Positions 10,058-19,079 of a stretch of DNA of 64,000 nt are shown piece by piece; position 1 is the stretch's first letter; every line of letters starts with the position of its first letter. The notes below the pieces were generated by a model that was not told the origin of the DNA, did not search any database, and saw only the letters and a program-made list of their open reading frames with translations. Source of the DNA: Christensenellaceae bacterium (GTDB taxonomy: Bacteria > Bacillota > Clostridia > Christensenellales > CALMFG01); NCBI GenBank assembly GCA_963674805.2, contig CAXXNY010000016.1, positions 183,990-247,989 on the forward strand, written 5' to 3'. The translations under genes and the position numbers were made by a program.

Positions 10058-11473
10058 TTATCTCAAGCGTTTTAAAATTTCTTCCTCTGTCGGTTCAATC
10101 GGGTCAGGTTTTAACCCATCGATATACTTCGTCGCTTCATATATAATTTCTGATACATTCCCGTACACGCCGGCGCAATGGTGAACATACGGCCCGTACA
10201 TCAGCCGCTGTTCCCACTTTAACCAATCTTCAACCTCTACCCATACATAGGTGCCTCGCGACATCGGACCGGTAGTTGTCTTTCCTTCTCCGATGAACAT
10301 GCTGTATTCGCCATTGTCTCCGTCCATTCTGGCGAGCGTGATGTTTCCCTGTTTAAGCTCAAACTCCCCTATACCCGCGCAATGGGATTCTTTGAAATTA
10401 TGGTACGCAACTTTACCTGTCTGATTTCTCTTGATTAACGACGGCGAGAAGTTTCCGCAATGCCAAAACATTTCGGCATTGTCGTTTTCAGGATGCCGCA
10501 TCGTGATATCAGCAAAAAATATCGGAGATGTCCTTCTTGCTGCTTCCTGCAGCATCACCGCAGAAATCGCGCCCATAACATCTGTTTCGCATGTTGTCGG
10601 TATGAAGTCTTCGGTTAATAACCCGTTTGCCACACATGGCATGATATGCAATAAATCCTGGAGCGCATTCCAGCACTGGAATGCAACGCCGGTACATTTT
10701 TCTTTTTCAGCAATGCCCGCCACTGCAACTTTCAATGCGGCCAGTGTTTCAAGTTCTTCCGGCTTAATACCCGTAACGTCATAGACGCTTTTTATACGTT
10801 CAATACATGTTTTAAATGCATTGCCTTTCGTGTCTTTAATCGTGTTCGTTTCACCAACGATATCGCTGATCGCCATAGGCAAAATCTTAATGCCAAAGCG
10901 ATCCAACAGCTCGCCTTCGTTATACATCATGGTCCAGAACGGCGCAGGCCGCGTATCAATCTGCAGAATCTTCATATTCCTGAACGCTTTGACCACAGAA
11001 CAAACACCAGCAAACATCCGGTATCCTCTATCGAGTTCGGGATCTTCCACACGACAGTTAACCACATAGGTAAATGGAACGTTGAATCGTCTTAGAACCT
11101 TTGTTGTCGCCAGCATGCCGCATTGCGTATCCCTGAGATGCTCCCCGTTCGGTTCCGCATCGTCTCTCGGTCCCCAAATCAATACGGGTTTATTGATTGC
11201 TTTGGCTACTTCAGCAACCAGATATTCTACGCCAAAATTGCAATGCGGAAAGAACAGCCCATCAACATTCTCATTTCTCATTTTGCGGATTACCTTGTCT
11301 ACCTCTTCCTGCAGCCCGAGCATACCGTCAACTGCAATATCATCAATATCCACAAAATCTATATCATAAGTTTTTATCTTCTCTTGAATTTTCTGTTTGT
11401 AAGACAATGCATTTTCTAAGCTGAATACAAACATTCTGGTGGGAACAAATCCAATTTTAACGCGATTATCCAT
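10058..11473 (-). CDS. L-fucose/L-arabinose isomerase-related protein (COG2407-type, uncharacterised paralogue)
   Basis: 471 aa and the first gene of the minus-strand operon. It is similar in length and architecture to the ORFs at 57802-59205 and 59223-60545. Confidence 0.65.
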   Translation of the reverse strand: MDNRVKIGFVPTRMFVFSLENALSYKQKIQEKIKTYDIDFVDIDDIAVDGMLGLQEEVDKVIRKMRNENVDGLFFPHCNFGVEYLVAEVAKAINKPVLIWGPRDDAEPNGEHLRDTQCGMLATTKVLRRFNVPFTYVVNCRVEDPELDRGYRMFAGVCSVVKAFRNMKILQIDTRPAPFWTMMYNEGELLDRFGIKILPMAISDIVGETNTIKDTKGNAFKTCIERIKSVYDVTGIKPEELETLAALKVAVAGIAEKEKCTGVAFQCWNALQDLLHIMPCVANGLLTEDFIPTTCETDVMGAISAVMLQEAARRTSPIFFADITMRHPENDNAEMFWHCGNFSPSLIKRNQTGKVAYHNFKESHCAGIGEFELKQGNITLARMDGDNGEYSMFIGEGKTTTGPMSRGTYVWVEVEDWLKWEQRLMYGPYVHHCAGVYGNVSEIIYEATKYIDGLKPDPIEPTEEEILKRLR

Positions 11474-11689
11474 GTTTTTTCCCTCTTTGTCTTAAATATT
11501 GTCTAGATTATACTCTCTTTTATTCTTTTAATCAATACTTTTTTAAAATTCTTTTTATAAGTATTATCATTTTGTTGTTTGCTAAATTAGATGAACAGAA
11601 GTAAAAGGCTATCAGTAAGTTGGATAAGTATTTCGGATAAACCTTCGAAAAAAGAGAGTGCATCCCCTCATAGGTGGTGCTTTTTTATT

Positions 11690-11717
11690 TCTCATGTAAC
11701 ATATTTATAACATGAGA
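11690..11717 (+). repeat. 25-nt motif, copy 1 (degenerate): tctcatgtaacatatttataacatgaga
   Basis: Matches the motif at 45128-45152 at 22 of 25 positions (three G-to-A changes). It lies 200 nt upstream of the flavoprotein promoter. Confidence 0.7.
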
Positions 11718-11888
11718 CACATTAAATCGATTAAAATTTTTCTTATTTGGATTATATCCTGTCCGAATTTTGAATAAAATATTCATCTTTTTAATTGTTA
11801 GTCTATACTCGCATGTAAGAAACAATTTCATTATAAGAATATTTAATTTTGTATAAGAAAGTTTAATTGCTCTTATCATGCAGATTTA

Positions 11889-11916
11889 TTGACATATGCC
11901 CATTTAATTATATAAT
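11889..11916 (+). promoter_or_regulatory. Sigma-A-type promoter for the plus-strand flavoprotein operon
   Basis: TTGACA (11889-11894), a 16-nt spacer, then TATAAT (11911-11916). It is about 50 nt upstream of the ATG at 11965. Confidence 0.6.
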
Positions 11917-11964
11917 CAAATCAATAAGCTTTATCAAAGTTATAATAATACGTGGAGGTGTTTT

Positions 11965-13308
11965 ATGAAAAACACAGATGTTTTAATTGTAGGTGGTTCC
12001 GCGACAGGTTTAGTTGCAGGGTTAACCGTAAAATCTAACTACAAAGAAAAAAAGGTCACCATTGTTCGTAAAGAAGAAAAGGTTATGATTCCGTGTGGTA
12101 TTCCATATATTTTCGGGACACTTGAATCAAGCGACAAAAATATTTTACCAGATGCTGGGCTGGAAAAATTAGGCGTTGATATTTTAGTTGATGAAGTAAC
12201 CCAAATTGATACAAAAACTAAAGTTGCGAAAACCGTTTCTGGAGAAGAAATTTCTTTTGATAAGCTTATCTTGGGGACAGGTTCTGAACCTGTCGTTCCT
12301 AAATGGTTAACAGGTACCGATAAAGAAAACGTCTTTACAATTCCAAAAAGTAAAGAATATTTAGATAGTATATATCAAAAGCTTAGCGGTTTAAAAAAAG
12401 TTTTGGTTGTAGGCGCCGGATTTATTGGTGTTGAAGTTGCCGATGAACTTAACAAAAAAGGTTTTGACGTTACACTTATTGAAATTCTTCCCCAAATTTT
12501 AGGGGCAGCGTTTGATGCGGAATTTGCAGCAGATGCTGAATCAAAACTAAGCGAGCGCGGTATAAAAGTCTTAACCAATATTGGCATCAAAGAAATTACA
12601 GGAGGCTCAGCCGTTAACGGCGCTCTGCTTGGCGACGGCTCAACGCTTAATGCAGATGCTGTTATTTTGTCTCTCGGCTACTTGCCAAATGCTAAACTCG
12701 CAAAAAGTATGGGTTTAGAAATTAATGAACTCGGCTTTATTAAAACGGATAGATATAAGCGCACATCTAATCCCGATGTATTTGCCGCAGGAGATTGTTC
12801 TGAAAAAGTCGACTTTGCAACCGGTAAATTAAGCAAAATTATGCTGGCTTCCACTGCATGTGCAGAAGCAAGAGTTGCTGGGCTTAATCTGTTCTCTTTA
12901 TCTACAATTAATACCTTTAGAGGTACTATCGGTATTTATTCCACCAGTGTTGGTGATAATGCCTATGGCGTTGCAGGATTGACTGAGTCTATCGCAAAAA
13001 ATGAAGGTTTTGATGTTGTTACCGGCAGTTTCACAGGTGTCGATACCCATCCGGGATGCCTTGAACATTCTCAAAAACAGACCGTTAAACTCATTGTATC
13101 CAAAAATAATGGTGTTATTCTTGGCGGAGAAGCAATGGGAGGCAGAAGTGTTGGTGAATTGACAAATGTCATCGGCTTTGCCATCCAAAACAATATGACT
13201 ATTAACAATCTCTTAGTTGCTCAAATTGGCACACAGCCAATGTTGACTGCTTCACCAGCAGGTTATCCACTTATTAAAGCTGCTGAATTAGTTGCAAAAC
13301 AGTTATAG
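11965..13308 (+). CDS. FAD-dependent pyridine-nucleotide-disulfide oxidoreductase (NADH oxidase/CoA-disulfide reductase family)
   Basis: 447 aa with two dinucleotide-binding motifs (VGGSATG, VVGAGFIGVE). A single candidate redox Cys sits in MIPCGIPY. The RBS is GGAGG. Confidence 0.82.
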   Translation: MKNTDVLIVGGSATGLVAGLTVKSNYKEKKVTIVRKEEKVMIPCGIPYIFGTLESSDKNILPDAGLEKLGVDILVDEVTQIDTKTKVAKTVSGEEISFDKLILGTGSEPVVPKWLTGTDKENVFTIPKSKEYLDSIYQKLSGLKKVLVVGAGFIGVEVADELNKKGFDVTLIEILPQILGAAFDAEFAADAESKLSERGIKVLTNIGIKEITGGSAVNGALLGDGSTLNADAVILSLGYLPNAKLAKSMGLEINELGFIKTDRYKRTSNPDVFAAGDCSEKVDFATGKLSKIMLASTACAEARVAGLNLFSLSTINTFRGTIGIYSTSVGDNAYGVAGLTESIAKNEGFDVVTGSFTGVDTHPGCLEHSQKQTVKLIVSKNNGVILGGEAMGGRSVGELTNVIGFAIQNNMTINNLLVAQIGTQPMLTASPAGYPLIKAAELVAKQL

Positions 13309-13323
13309 AATTTAGATGTTATT

Positions 13324-13356
13324 GAAGCCCTTTATCACTAAGTGATAAAGGGCTTC
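13324..13356 (+). other. Perfect 15-bp hairpin between the flavoprotein and DUF1858-like genes
   Basis: gaagccctttatcac-taa-gtgataaagggcttc. There is no U-run, so it is a possible partial terminator or processing site. Confidence 0.55.
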
Positions 13357-13454
13357 ATATCTCCAGATTCAACACAATCACAATAAAATCCAGTTTTAAA
13401 ACCCTTAAATGATCAATATTTGGAAATAATATTAAATCTTTAGAAACGTTGGTG

Positions 13455-13667
13455 ATGATTTTGAAAACAGCAAACAAAATAACTGAAAATTGGACTATTA
13501 CTAAAATAGTAAATAAATATCCAAAGACAGTCAATGTGCTATTAAAATATAATATTTATTTCAAAGATTGTGTTGATAAAAACTGCACCACTATTGCTGA
13601 TAGGGCAACCGCCAGCAATATTGATATTAGTGTGCTATTAAGAGCCTTAAACCAAATAGCAGATTAA
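13455..13667 (+). CDS. Small DUF1858-like protein (domain associated with hybrid-cluster/redox proteins)
   Basis: About 70 aa. The pattern ITKIVNKYPKTVNVLLKY...DISVLLRALN resembles DUF1858 from memory. The start is ambiguous (TTG 13449, GTG 13452, ATG 13455) and there is no strong RBS. Confidence 0.5.
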   Translation: MILKTANKITENWTITKIVNKYPKTVNVLLKYNIYFKDCVDKNCTTIADRATASNIDISVLLRALNQIAD

Positions 13668-13718
13668 ATGGTTGGCATGATAAGTAAAAAGATTCTGCTT
13701 TAGTAAGTGTAGCACAAT

Positions 13719-13743
13719 TCTCATGTGACAAATTTGTGACATG
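13719..13743 (+). repeat. 25-nt motif, copy 2: tctcatgtgacaaatttgtgacatg
   Basis: 24 of 25 positions identical to 45128-45152. It lies 52 nt downstream of the DUF1858-like stop codon. Confidence 0.75.
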
Positions 13744-13794
13744 AAGTCAAAATTGAAATTAAAAAAGAGCTCCTGCTTTTGAGCCTAAAATGCC

Positions 13795-13822
13795 AAAAAA
13801 GCTCGAAATATCGGGCTTTTTT
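13795..13822. terminator. Bidirectional Rho-independent terminator
   Basis: aaaaaa-GCTCGA-aata-TCGGGC-tttttt. It has an A-run on one side and a T-run on the other. It abuts the CCA end of the tRNA-like module and closes the plus-strand operon. Confidence 0.7.
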
Positions 13823-13823
13823 A

Positions 13824-14024
13824 CTGGTGCGAGGAATGGGAGTCGAACCCACATTGCCGTTAATCCACACGGTCCTCAACTGCGATTAAAAACTCTACCA
13901 CTGCTCGTTTGATTCTTTTTGTCGCTGTCTTATACAGGAAAAGTGTAAATCCGTGCGCGTTTAATTCATAATCGCATGTTATGTATCACAGGATTTTGGA
14001 TCTCGCGTGACATATTTGTGACAT
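13824..14024 (-). ncRNA. tRNA-Leu-like pseudo-tRNA / tRNA-derived module, copy 1 (not a canonical tRNA)
   Basis: The reverse complement of 13825-13852 is GTGGG-TTCGACT-CCCAT-TCCTCGC-A-CCA, i.e. T-arm, acceptor 3' strand, discriminator and CCA. CCGTG (13868-13872) and its partner CACGG (13951-13955) are split by 78 nt. No GCGAGGA 5' acceptor strand is present. Confidence 0.55.
14001..14024 (+). repeat. 25-nt motif, copy 3: tctcgcgtgacatatttgtgacat
   Basis: Forms the distal end of module copy 1, 55 nt downstream of the lplA stop (on the minus strand). Confidence 0.75.
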
Positions 14025-14078
14025 AATTAATTTTGTATAATAGGTTGCCGTTATAGCAAATAGGCATGCGTAACCATA

Positions 14079-15059
14079 TCAGTCAATTATCAAACCCAAT
14101 ATTTCATCCGCAGTTATCTGGTAAATGTAATCGTCCGCTCCGTTTTCTTTCAGTGCATTGGCTATATCCGTTTTTTCATATCGTAGGCCAATCAATCCTT
14201 TTTTCAATTGAGCAATATTCTTCTTCTCAAAAAAATCACCATAAAAAGAGATATCTTGGATGACATCTTGCTCAACATCCGCGCAAACCATTAATCGTCC
14301 GCCTATGAACCGCTTTTCTTTTGAGAGGTTGAATTTCGGATTTTGGCCGAAGTTCCATTCCCATGTATCAAACTGATCAGCTTTTATCTGGTTTACTTTT
14401 TCAATATCCGCAGGTGTTAATGCTGCCTTTTGCATATCTTTCGTGATATGGGCCAGCATCAAATCTCTAAACGCTTCACTGGAAATCGGCCTATCAATAT
14501 AACTTGCAATATTTGCAACACGCTCTTTGACTGATTTAATACCTTTTGATATCAGTTTCTCATCATCCACGGTCAGTGCACGTACCAATCTTGTGAGGTC
14601 TGTATTGAACAGCAAGGATCCGTGATGCAGGTTAACAGCAGTGGATTTAAATTGTGCGTTCCCTGATATTTTCTTTCCATCAATCAGCAGATCGTTCCCG
14701 CCGCTACGATATGCCGTCACTCCGATTGATGCGAGCGCATCCATCACCGGTTGGGTAAACCGATCAAAATCAATCTCCTGCTTAGCTGGGTTCTTTTCAA
14801 TAAAAGAAAACTGCCAGCCGTTCAAATCAGTATAGATTGTTCCCCCGCCGGTGATTCTTCTGACAATGTTAATCTTATGCTCACGTGCAAAGGCTGTATT
14901 GATTTCGCGGTATGTGTTCTGAAACTTGCCGATCATCAACGTTGGCTGCGTCCGCCAAAATAAGAAGTATGAATCCGCGGCATCATATTCATCCATCAGA
15001 TATTTTTCCAACGCAAAATTAAAATTTGCGTTTGTACTGTCGGTTTCAATATACAGCAT
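14079..15059 (-). CDS. lplA: Lipoate-protein ligase A
   Basis: 326 aa with an LplA-like N-terminal catalytic region ([19 protein letters not shown]). It overlaps lipA by 14 nt. Confidence 0.85.
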   Translation of the reverse strand: MLYIETDSTNANFNFALEKYLMDEYDAADSYFLFWRTQPTLMIGKFQNTYREINTAFAREHKINIVRRITGGGTIYTDLNGWQFSFIEKNPAKQEIDFDRFTQPVMDALASIGVTAYRSGGNDLLIDGKKISGNAQFKSTAVNLHHGSLLFNTDLTRLVRALTVDDEKLISKGIKSVKERVANIASYIDRPISSEAFRDLMLAHITKDMQKAALTPADIEKVNQIKADQFDTWEWNFGQNPKFNLSKEKRFIGGRLMVCADVEQDVIQDISFYGDFFEKKNIAQLKKGLIGLRYEKTDIANALKENGADDYIYQITADEILGLIID

Positions 15060-15915
15060 CTCTTTCCTTTCTCAACGCTTCCATGCCGCTTAACGCATCA
15101 AAAGAACTCCGGACAAGCGGCCCGCTGGCAACAAATTTAAATCCCTTTTCATAGGCTATTTCCTCATATGCTTTGAACTGTTCCGGCTTGATATATTCCG
15201 CAACAGGTACATGCGCCGGAGACGGGCGCAGATACTGGCCAATAGTCAACGCATCACAACCGACAGCAGCCAGGTCGTCCATCACATCTATAACCTCAGC
15301 TTCGGTTTCACCCAGCCCCAGCATTATGCCGCTCTTTGTAAATATTTCATTGCTCAGCTCTTTTGAGGTTTTTAGTAATCTTAGTGAACGTTCATAAACA
15401 GCACCGGGCCGCACCTCAGTGTATAACCTGGGTACTGTCTCAATATTATGGTTAAGAATATTCGGCCCGGCTTTTAAAACGATTTTTAGCGCCGTTTTAT
15501 TGCCCTTAAAATCCGGAATTAAAACCTCTGTCGTACTCTTTGGCATCCGTTTTTTCACAGCAGAAATCACCTGCGCAAACTGTGATGCGCCGCCGTCAGG
15601 TAAGTCATCGCGTGTCACACTTGTTATCACAATATGCTTCAAGCCCAGCCGCTCCGCTGCTTTTGCGACATTTTCGGGTTCGCTTTTGTCCACATCTAAT
15701 GGTAAGCCGCCCTCAACATTACAAAAGCGACACCCTCGCGTACAAATCGTCCCAAGAATCATAAAGGTCGCTGTTTGATTCTGAAAGCAATTGCCAATAT
15801 TCGGGCAGGCGGCATTTTCGCATACCGTATGCAAACGCATTGACCTCAACAGACTTTCCATTTTATCAATCGCTTCAGGATATGCTTTTGCCCTTAACCA
15901 TTCCGGCCTGTTCAT
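15046..15915 (-). CDS. lipA: Lipoyl synthase (radical SAM)
   Basis: 289 aa. It has the auxiliary cluster motif [12 protein letters not shown] and the radical-SAM motif CTRGCRFC. Confidence 0.93.
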   Translation of the reverse strand: MNRPEWLRAKAYPEAIDKMESLLRSMRLHTVCENAACPNIGNCFQNQTATFMILGTICTRGCRFCNVEGGLPLDVDKSEPENVAKAAERLGLKHIVITSVTRDDLPDGGASQFAQVISAVKKRMPKSTTEVLIPDFKGNKTALKIVLKAGPNILNHNIETVPRLYTEVRPGAVYERSLRLLKTSKELSNEIFTKSGIMLGLGETEAEVIDVMDDLAAVGCDALTIGQYLRPSPAHVPVAEYIKPEQFKAYEEIAYEKGFKFVASGPLVRSSFDALSGMEALRKERDAVY

Positions 15916-15963
15916 ACGATTCCTTTCTATTAATAAAATGATGCGGTTTAACTATGGCTGCTC

Positions 15964-17328
15964 TTAAAATAAGCACACTGCATCACGGATAATTTCGCAG
16001 ACAGTGGGATGCGGAAAAACAAAGCGTTTAATTTCTTCAACCGTCAGCTTCGCTTGTATTAAAATCACAGCGCTCTGGATGATTTCGGATGCATAGCTTC
16101 CAATCATATGGACGCCGATTAACCGGCGACTCTCGTTATCCACAACGATTTTAATCATACCATCACCATTCTTATTCTCAGCAAAATACCGTCCGGAATA
16201 ATTCATGGACAGCTTTCGGACCACAACGTTGATACCCTTTTTCTCTGCCTCTTCTACAGTAACACCTGCGCTGGCAACTTCCGGGATGGTATAAATAACA
16301 CTGGGAATTGCAGTATAATCTGCCTCATCCAAAATTTCGCACATATGGTTAACCGCTATATCCGCTTCGCGGTAAGCTTTATGCGCCAGCATCATTCCAC
16401 CTGTAACATCCCCCGCAGCGTAAACGCCTTTGACCGCAGTCTGCATATTTTGATCTGTCTGGATGGCTCCAAGTTCTGTTTTGATTCCCAAGCGTTCCAG
16501 GCCGATACCCTGCGTACTCGGACATCTCCCAACAGAAAGCAATACTTTATCTGCAGTGATCTTTGAGGTCTCATCTTCCTGAACAAAACGGATTATCCCG
16601 TCTTCTACTTCCGTTACCTGCGCCTTCAGGCAAAACTGAATGCCTCTCTTTTCAAGGTTCTTTTTCAGTATCAGCCCAATCTCGTTATCCAGATTGCCGC
16701 CAATATGGTCCATCATCTCAATAACAGTTACCTTTGAACCGGCTGACGCGAAATATACAGCCAGCTCAAGACCAATCACACCGCCGCCGACTATGGCTAA
16801 TCGTTCAGGTACCAATTTTAGTTTCAGCAGTTCTTTGCTCGTTATAATAAAACCTGCATTTAACGCTTCTTGAACACCCTTTATCGGCGGAATAATGGGG
16901 CCTGAGCCTGATGCAATTAAAACATTTTTTGCGGTATATGTATTTATACCCCCGCAAACTTCGAAGCCTTCTTTAACCATGCAATTGATTTTTGCAGATT
17001 CTCTGATTACTTCTACACCCGCTGTTTTCATTGCCGCGTTGATACCCTCTCCCAGCACGTGAACAACCAGTGATTTGCGCTCTAAAACAGCCCCATGACC
17101 GAGGTGCGCTTGGGTGACATACACGCCATAGGATTCGCCCTTTTTCGCCCCCTCATACAATTTGGCGCTGTAAAGCATCGCTTTTGTCGGTATACAACCC
17201 TCATTTAAACAGACACCGCCGAGGCGGTTTTTTTCAAACACTAAAACCTTCATGCCCCGACGGCCTGCGCTTTCAGCAGCTCTATACCCCGCAGGACCGC
17301 CGCCGATCACTATTAAATCATATATCAT
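15964..17328 (-). CDS. Dihydrolipoyl dehydrogenase (E3)
   Basis: 454 aa with GGGPAGY and the redox-active disulfide GGVCLNEGCIPTK. Confidence 0.92.
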   Translation of the reverse strand: MIYDLIVIGGGPAGYRAAESAGRRGMKVLVFEKNRLGGVCLNEGCIPTKAMLYSAKLYEGAKKGESYGVYVTQAHLGHGAVLERKSLVVHVLGEGINAAMKTAGVEVIRESAKINCMVKEGFEVCGGINTYTAKNVLIASGSGPIIPPIKGVQEALNAGFIITSKELLKLKLVPERLAIVGGGVIGLELAVYFASAGSKVTVIEMMDHIGGNLDNEIGLILKKNLEKRGIQFCLKAQVTEVEDGIIRFVQEDETSKITADKVLLSVGRCPSTQGIGLERLGIKTELGAIQTDQNMQTAVKGVYAAGDVTGGMMLAHKAYREADIAVNHMCEILDEADYTAIPSVIYTIPEVASAGVTVEEAEKKGINVVVRKLSMNYSGRYFAENKNGDGMIKIVVDNESRRLIGVHMIGSYASEIIQSAVILIQAKLTVEEIKRFVFPHPTVCEIIRDAVCLF

Positions 17329-17331
17329 TTT

Positions 17332-18033
17332 TTATCCTAACATATAAGCTTGATTCGTACAGATATCCTTAAACGCTGCCAGATATTCAGCCGCTGGCGC
17401 GCCATCAATAATACGATGGTCATAGGTCAATGTCACTTTCATAACAGGCTTGGCAGCTATTTCATCGTTTTCCGTGACAACCGGGCATTTTTTAATCGCA
17501 CCAACGGCAAGTATGCCCACCTGCGGTGGATTAATAATCGCGGTAAACTGGTCTACGCCGTACATACCGAGATTGGATATCGTAAAGGTTCCGCCCGACA
17601 AATCATCCATCGATAGTTTGCCCGACTTTGACCGCTCTGCCAGGTCTTTTATCTGCATGTTAATTTCAGATACACTCAACTCATCTGCATGCCTGATAAC
17701 GGGTGTCACAAGCCCGTTATCCAGCGCTACTGCCAGCGCGATATTGATATCCTGATAAACGGAAACGACATTATGTTCAAGCGTACTGTTCAGTTCCGGC
17801 GTCTTTCTCAACGCCAGGGCCGCCGCTTTAATCACCATTGCTGTAATTGATACATTATGCCCCTCGGCGATGAACGCTTCTCTTTTTTTTATGATCTTGG
17901 ATAGATCAATCTCTATCACATGAACAGCCTGCGCCGCAGTATCAAGGCTTTCCCGCATCCGTACCGCAATAATATTTCTTATCCCGCTGAGTTTAAACGT
18001 TCTTAAAATCTTCGGTTTTAATCGGTCTTCCAT
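17332..18033 (-). CDS. 2-oxoacid dehydrogenase acyltransferase, catalytic domain only (E2 core)
   Basis: 233 aa with the active-site motif DHRIIDG. It begins directly with the catalytic domain and has no lipoyl or subunit-binding domain. Confidence 0.85.
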   Translation of the reverse strand: MEDRLKPKILRTFKLSGIRNIIAVRMRESLDTAAQAVHVIEIDLSKIIKKREAFIAEGHNVSITAMVIKAAALALRKTPELNSTLEHNVVSVYQDINIALAVALDNGLVTPVIRHADELSVSEINMQIKDLAERSKSGKLSMDDLSGGTFTISNLGMYGVDQFTAIINPPQVGILAVGAIKKCPVVTENDEIAAKPVMKVTLTYDHRIIDGAPAAEYLAAFKDICTNQAYMLG

Positions 18034-18043
18034 AATCGTCTGG

Positions 18044-19060
18044 CTATTCGGCCCAATCTGTGCCGTTGGGATGGATCAGCGCCTTGACGTCTTTTCCCTC
18101 TCGCAGATTAGAGAACGCCAATTCCCATTCTTCCAGACTGTATCTGCTGGTAATCATCGCTTGATAATCAATGCACCCGCGATAGAGGAAATCAATTGCT
18201 TTTTCCCATGTCTCAGAACCATTCCAGCTCCATCCGCCAATGAGATCCAGTTGTCCCATCGCCACCTTGTCAAAATTAAGCGTAATCGGTTTGCCCCACA
18301 TCGCAATCAGGGCAACTTTGCCCTTTCCGCCGCGCCCTTCTTTCGCCGGACGTGCAGCGTCGATCGCAAGCTGCGTACCTTCTTGGGTGCCCGCGCAGTC
18401 CGCGACAAATTCAGCGCCGCCATTTGACAGCTCCATAATCTTCTCAAGTGGATTGTCTTCATAATAAAAGATATGATCCGCACCGACGCGCTTACCGATT
18501 TCAAGGCGTTCTTTATCCGACCGTCTGCCGACAAGCACGACTTCCCGCGCACCTCTGATCTTTGCGAACTGTACCGCGAGTATTCCCATCGGTCCGGGCC
18601 CTATCACGCAGACAAAGTCACCGGCATTAATCGTGTTCCGTTCCTGAAGGCAGTGCAGCATGCCTCCTACAACCGGTTCGACCAATGCTGCCGCATCCAA
18701 CGGCATATCCGGCGGGCACACATGAACAACACATTCGGGTATGCGCATGTAATTCGCATATGACCCATCAAGATCAACACCCAGCCAGCCGTCCGGCGCT
18801 TCAATATCCGAAACAATTTTATCCCCGACTTTAACTTTTGTTACGTTTTTACCGACCTTTTCAACAATACCGGAATATTCATGGCCGATGGTCACCGGTG
18901 CGGTATAAAAATGCGTATCATCGTGAATATTGATATCACTGCCGCAGACACCAGCCGCCCATACCTTCATCAAGACCTCGTCATCTTTTATTTCAGGCAC
19001 CGGAACTTCGACCAGTTCGACGTTTCCTTTTCCTTTCCGGATTTTCCTAACTGCCTGCAT
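18044..19060 (-). CDS. Zn-dependent medium-chain alcohol dehydrogenase (butanediol/sorbitol/threonine dehydrogenase-like)
   Basis: Start set at MQAVRKIRKG (ATG 19058-19060) with AGGAGG 5 nt upstream. Motifs GVCGSDI and GHEYSG are present. The longer track ORF would overlap the lipoyl-protein gene. Confidence 0.85.
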   Translation of the reverse strand: MQAVRKIRKGKGNVELVEVPVPEIKDDEVLMKVWAAGVCGSDINIHDDTHFYTAPVTIGHEYSGIVEKVGKNVTKVKVGDKIVSDIEAPDGWLGVDLDGSYANYMRIPECVVHVCPPDMPLDAAALVEPVVGGMLHCLQERNTINAGDFVCVIGPGPMGILAVQFAKIRGAREVVLVGRRSDKERLEIGKRVGADHIFYYEDNPLEKIMELSNGGAEFVADCAGTQEGTQLAIDAARPAKEGRGGKGKVALIAMWGKPITLNFDKVAMGQLDLIGGWSWNGSETWEKAIDFLYRGCIDYQAMITSRYSLEEWELAFSNLREGKDVKALIHPNGTDWAE

Positions 19061-19079
19061 TATGCTCCTCCTTATGTCA

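Noticed and set aside
11685-11879. 64-aa minus-strand ORF in the 490-nt divergent intergenic region
   Set aside because: It has no RBS, extreme AT content and a low-complexity Lys/Ile/Asn-rich product. It overlaps the 25-nt motif and the promoter region.
13825-13910. Calling the CCA-terminated element a genuine tRNA-Leu gene (and likewise 44952-45037)
   Set aside because: The T-arm, acceptor 3' strand and CCA are perfect. The 5' acceptor strand GCGAGGA is missing, with the best local match ACGAGCA (two mismatches). The D-arm cannot pair, and the anticodon-stem halves are 78 nt apart. No cloverleaf can be drawn.
13824-14024. tmRNA (ssrA) or 6S RNA interpretation of the 201-nt module
   Set aside because: It has no GGGG 5' end, no G3-U70 alanine identity pair, no tag reading frame, and it is too short for tmRNA. 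It lacks the long imperfect hairpin with a central bubble that defines 6S RNA.
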